A DNA stretch of 64,000 bases, taken from an uncultured Acidimicrobiia bacterium (lineage in GTDB: Bacteria; Actinomycetota; Acidimicrobiia; Acidimicrobiales; AC-14). The stretch spans positions 128,001-192,000 of the forward strand of contig CAWIIV010000008.1 of assembly GCA_963836205.1 (NCBI GenBank), given 5' to 3'. The position numbers and the translations under genes are program-made. The notes beneath the pieces are model-generated. The model saw only the letters and a program-made list of their open reading frames with translations. It was not told the DNA's origin and did no database searches. Position 1 is the first letter of the stretch; each line of letters starts with the position of its first letter. Positions 61,503 through 64,000 of the stretch are shown one piece after another.

Positions 61503-61780
61503 CAGTGCGCCATGCGGAGCCACGCCACCGGCTGGCCCTCACGCACCCGCTCTCCGGCCGAGGCGAGCAGGCCCATGAGCCGGCCGTGGAAGGGGCTGTG
61601 GACGGGCGTGGAGTGGCCGATGCCGTCGACGAAGCCGATGACCTGCTGACGGGCCACGTCGGCGCCGTCGGAGGTTGCTTCGGGCGCGCTCTCGATCGGG
61701 CGGAACTTGCCGGGGGCGGGAGCCAGGATCACCCGTTCGGGGACCATGAGCACCTCACCGTGGACAGATCCGGCTTCCAT
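61502..61780 (-). CDS. Biotinyl/lipoyl-like domain lacking the modified lysine
   Basis: ILAPAPGKF...PVHSPFHG...AGERVREGQPV barrel-sandwich pattern; the hairpin reads VDGIGHS. Confidence 0.7.
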   Translation of the reverse strand: MEAGSVHGEVLMVPERVILAPAPGKFRPIESAPEATSDGADVARQQVIGFVDGIGHSTPVHSPFHGRLMGLLASAGERVREGQPVAWLRMAH

Positions 61781-62715
61781 CACGCGACCTCCAGAGAACG
61801 GGAGAAAGTGGGGACGTCGTCGGGGGCGGCGACGTTGTGGGTGGTGACACCCGAGAGCGTGCGGCGGGCCAGTCCGGACAGGACGGCACCAGGTCCGACT
61901 TCGAGAAAGGTTCGGGCACCGAGGGCGGCGAGAGTCTCCAGAGATTCCCGCCAGCGTACCGGCGCCACCAGATGGCGGCTCAACCGCTCCGGCCAACCGT
62001 CGGCACCGGCGTGGGCGGCGGCGTCGGTGTTGGCCACCACCGGGGCCGAGGGGTTGGTGAACCGGGTGTCGGAGAGGTGGTCGAACAGGTGGGCCGCGGC
62101 CCGCGCCATGAGGGGCGTATGGAAGGCGGCGCCCACCTTCAGGGCCATCACCCGCTTGACGCCCAGGCCCTTGGCGCGGGCGGCGGCGGCTTCGATGCCG
62201 GCAGGGGTGCCGCCGATCACGACCTGGCCGGGGGCGTTGTCGTTGGCGACCCACGAGGTGCGGCCGGCGGTGGTGGCCCCGGCGGAGGCGGACTCGGCCT
62301 GGTCGAGGGAGGCGCCGAGGAGGGCGGCCATGCGACCGGGGCGGGCGTCGGCCGCGGCCTGGGTGCAGTCGGCCCGCTCCGCGGCCAGGCGGACGCCGTC
62401 CTCGAGAGAGAGGGCGCCGGAGGCGATGAGGGCGGTGATCTGGCCCAGGGAGTGGCCGGCGAAGGCGACGGGGGGCTCGTCGAGGGTGTCGCGTACGGCC
62501 TCCCAGGCCATGAGCGACGTGAGAAGCACCGCCAACTGGGCCTCGCGGGTGCGGGCCAACTCGTCGGCGTCGGCGGTGAGGAGGAGATGGGCGAGGGGCT
62601 GGCCGAGGGCGGATTCGGCCCGTTCGACGACGTTCCAGGCCGCCGAGGCGCGCCAGGCCTCACCCATACCGGGGACTTGGGTCCCCTGGCCGGGGAAGAG
62701 CACGGCTAAGGCCAC
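61780..62715 (-). CDS. fabD: Malonyl-CoA:ACP transacylase
   Basis: FPGQGTQ, AGHSLG, AFHTPLM, EVGPG. Confidence 0.95.
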   Translation of the reverse strand: MALAVLFPGQGTQVPGMGEAWRASAAWNVVERAESALGQPLAHLLLTADADELARTREAQLAVLLTSLMAWEAVRDTLDEPPVAFAGHSLGQITALIASGALSLEDGVRLAAERADCTQAAADARPGRMAALLGASLDQAESASAGATTAGRTSWVANDNAPGQVVIGGTPAGIEAAAARAKGLGVKRVMALKVGAAFHTPLMARAAAHLFDHLSDTRFTNPSAPVVANTDAAAHAGADGWPERLSRHLVAPVRWRESLETLAALGARTFLEVGPGAVLSGLARRTLSGVTTHNVAAPDDVPTFSRSLEVA

Positions 62716-62781
62716 CGGACCTACGACCTCGGGGGGGCCCAGAGGGTTACATCCGGGGGTCCGGCGGGTGACCGGAGGGGG

Positions 62782-63576
62782 TTACCGGGCGTCGAGGCCG
62801 GCGCGGAGCTCGGCGACGAAGTCGGCGGCGCCGTCGGGTCCGCAGCCTTCGAGCAGGCGGCGGACGAGGGCCGAGCCCACGATCACGCCGTCGCCGTCGG
62901 CCGCCGCCTCGGCCGCCTGGGACGGGGTGGACACCCCGATGCCGATGAGGACGGGCTTGTCAGTGACCGCCTTGAGGCGCTTGGCCATGAGGGTGGCGGA
63001 GCTGGCGAGGGCGGAGCGTTCGCCGGTGACGCCCATGATCCCGACGCCGTAGACCCAGCCCCGTGTCCGCTCGCAGATGGCCACCAACCGGTCGTCGGGC
63101 GTGGTGGGGGCGGCCAGCAGGATCGTCTCCACACCGGCCTCCTCGGCCGCGTCGCCCCACCCGTCGAGCTCGTCGAGAGGCAGGTCGGGGACGATGGCCC
63201 CGGCGATCCCCTGGTCGGCCAGTTGGCGGGCGAAGCGGGTATGGCCGGCGCGAAAGACCAGGTTGTAATAGGTCATGACCGCGACCGGCACCCCGCCGGT
63301 GTCGATCCTGCCCAGGGCGGTGACGATGGCGGCGGGGGTGATCCCGGCCGCCAGGGCCCGCTGGGATGCCTCCTGGATGACGGGGCCGTCCATGACCGGG
63401 TCGGAGAAGGGGATGCCCACCTCCACCGCGTCGGCCCCGGCGGCGGCCACCGCCTCCACCACCGCCGGCCAATCCGTCCCGAGCCCGCCCGTCACGTACG
63501 GGACGAGGAGCTTGCGCCCTTCCGCCCGCCGAGCGCGGAGGAAGGTCTCGATGGCCCCGCCGGAGTCGGCCGTCAC
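62782..63576 (-). CDS. trpA: Tryptophan synthase alpha chain
   Basis: EVGIPFSDPVMDGPVIQ, GVTG, DGVIVGSA. Confidence 0.96.
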   Translation of the reverse strand: MTADSGGAIETFLRARRAEGRKLLVPYVTGGLGTDWPAVVEAVAAAGADAVEVGIPFSDPVMDGPVIQEASQRALAAGITPAAIVTALGRIDTGGVPVAVMTYYNLVFRAGHTRFARQLADQGIAGAIVPDLPLDELDGWGDAAEEAGVETILLAAPTTPDDRLVAICERTRGWVYGVGIMGVTGERSALASSATLMAKRLKAVTDKPVLIGIGVSTPSQAAEAAADGDGVIVGSALVRRLLEGCGPDGAADFVAELRAGLDAR

Positions 63577-64000
63577 AGTTGGTCGCCGACCATGTCCATG
63601 ACCTGGGCCACGTCCTTGTCGCCCCGGCCGGAGAGGGTGACGAGGACGGTGGTGCCCGGAGGGAGGTCGCCGGTGCCGGCGGCCCGGATGACCCAGGCCA
63701 GGGCGTGAGCCGGCTCGAGGGCGGGGATGATGCCCTCGGTCTCGGCCAGGAGGCGGAAGGCGTCGAGGACCTCGCCGTCGGCGGCCGACACGTACGTCAC
63801 CCGGCCGACCGAGGAGAGGTGGGCGTGCTCGGGGCCGACGCCCGGGTAGTCGAGGCCGGCGGAGATGGAGTGGGCTTCGAGGACCTGGCCGTGCTCGTCC
63901 TGGAGGAGGAACGACTTGCTCCCGTGGACCACGCCCGGCACGCCCCGGCCGATGGCGGCCCCGCCCTCGGGCTCGACCCCCACCAGGCGGGCGTCCGTGT
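63573..64000 (-). CDS. trpB: Tryptophan synthase beta chain, 3' part (truncated by window)
   Basis: HSISAGLDYPGVGPEH, EGIIPALE, LSGRGDKD. Confidence 0.95.
   Translation of the reverse strand, partial: TDARLVGVEPEGGAAIGRGVPGVVHGSKSFLLQDEHGQVLEAHSISAGLDYPGVGPEHAHLSSVGRVTYVSAADGEVLDAFRLLAETEGIIPALEPAHALAWVIRAAGTGDLPPGTTVLVTLSGRGDKDVAQVMDMVGDQL

Noticed and set aside
59730-61523. FabH-FabG fusion suggested by the ORF track
   Set aside because: An artefact of the fabH frameshift; the corrected fabH stops at 60473-60475, where fabG starts.

Overview
A high-GC actinobacterial chromosome segment (WhiB, MMPL, sortase-type LARTG substrate; Acidimicrobiia-like by inference). In order it carries: tRNA-Val and putA; a ~9.2 kb integrative island in tRNA-Cys bounded by a 42-bp att repeat; a patch of decayed accessory genes; a Calvin-cycle cluster (red-type cbbLS, cbbR, class I fba, rpe, prk) with an embedded GAF kinase/LuxR pair; treS, mscS, a class A PBP, modABC, tryptophanase, a GH65/beta-PGM pair flanked by a REP-like palindrome, and an MMPL transporter; tRNA-Val; a candidate small RNA; tRNA-Leu with a ~1.8 kb integrase-less mini-island; and a FAS-II cluster plus trpAB. 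The island holds an integrase, a coupled operon (ABC-type ATPase, PIN nuclease, RNA ligase, Swt1-HEPN/DUF499 ATPase) and an ISL3 element. The mini-island holds a DUF3467-like, a HicB-like and a HicA-like gene. These two cargo sets are the best candidates for undescribed systems. Several genes, including core ones (putA, fabH), show single-base frameshifts, so sequencing indels are likely and pseudogene calls are tentative. Family calls come from motif recognition only; no searches were run.
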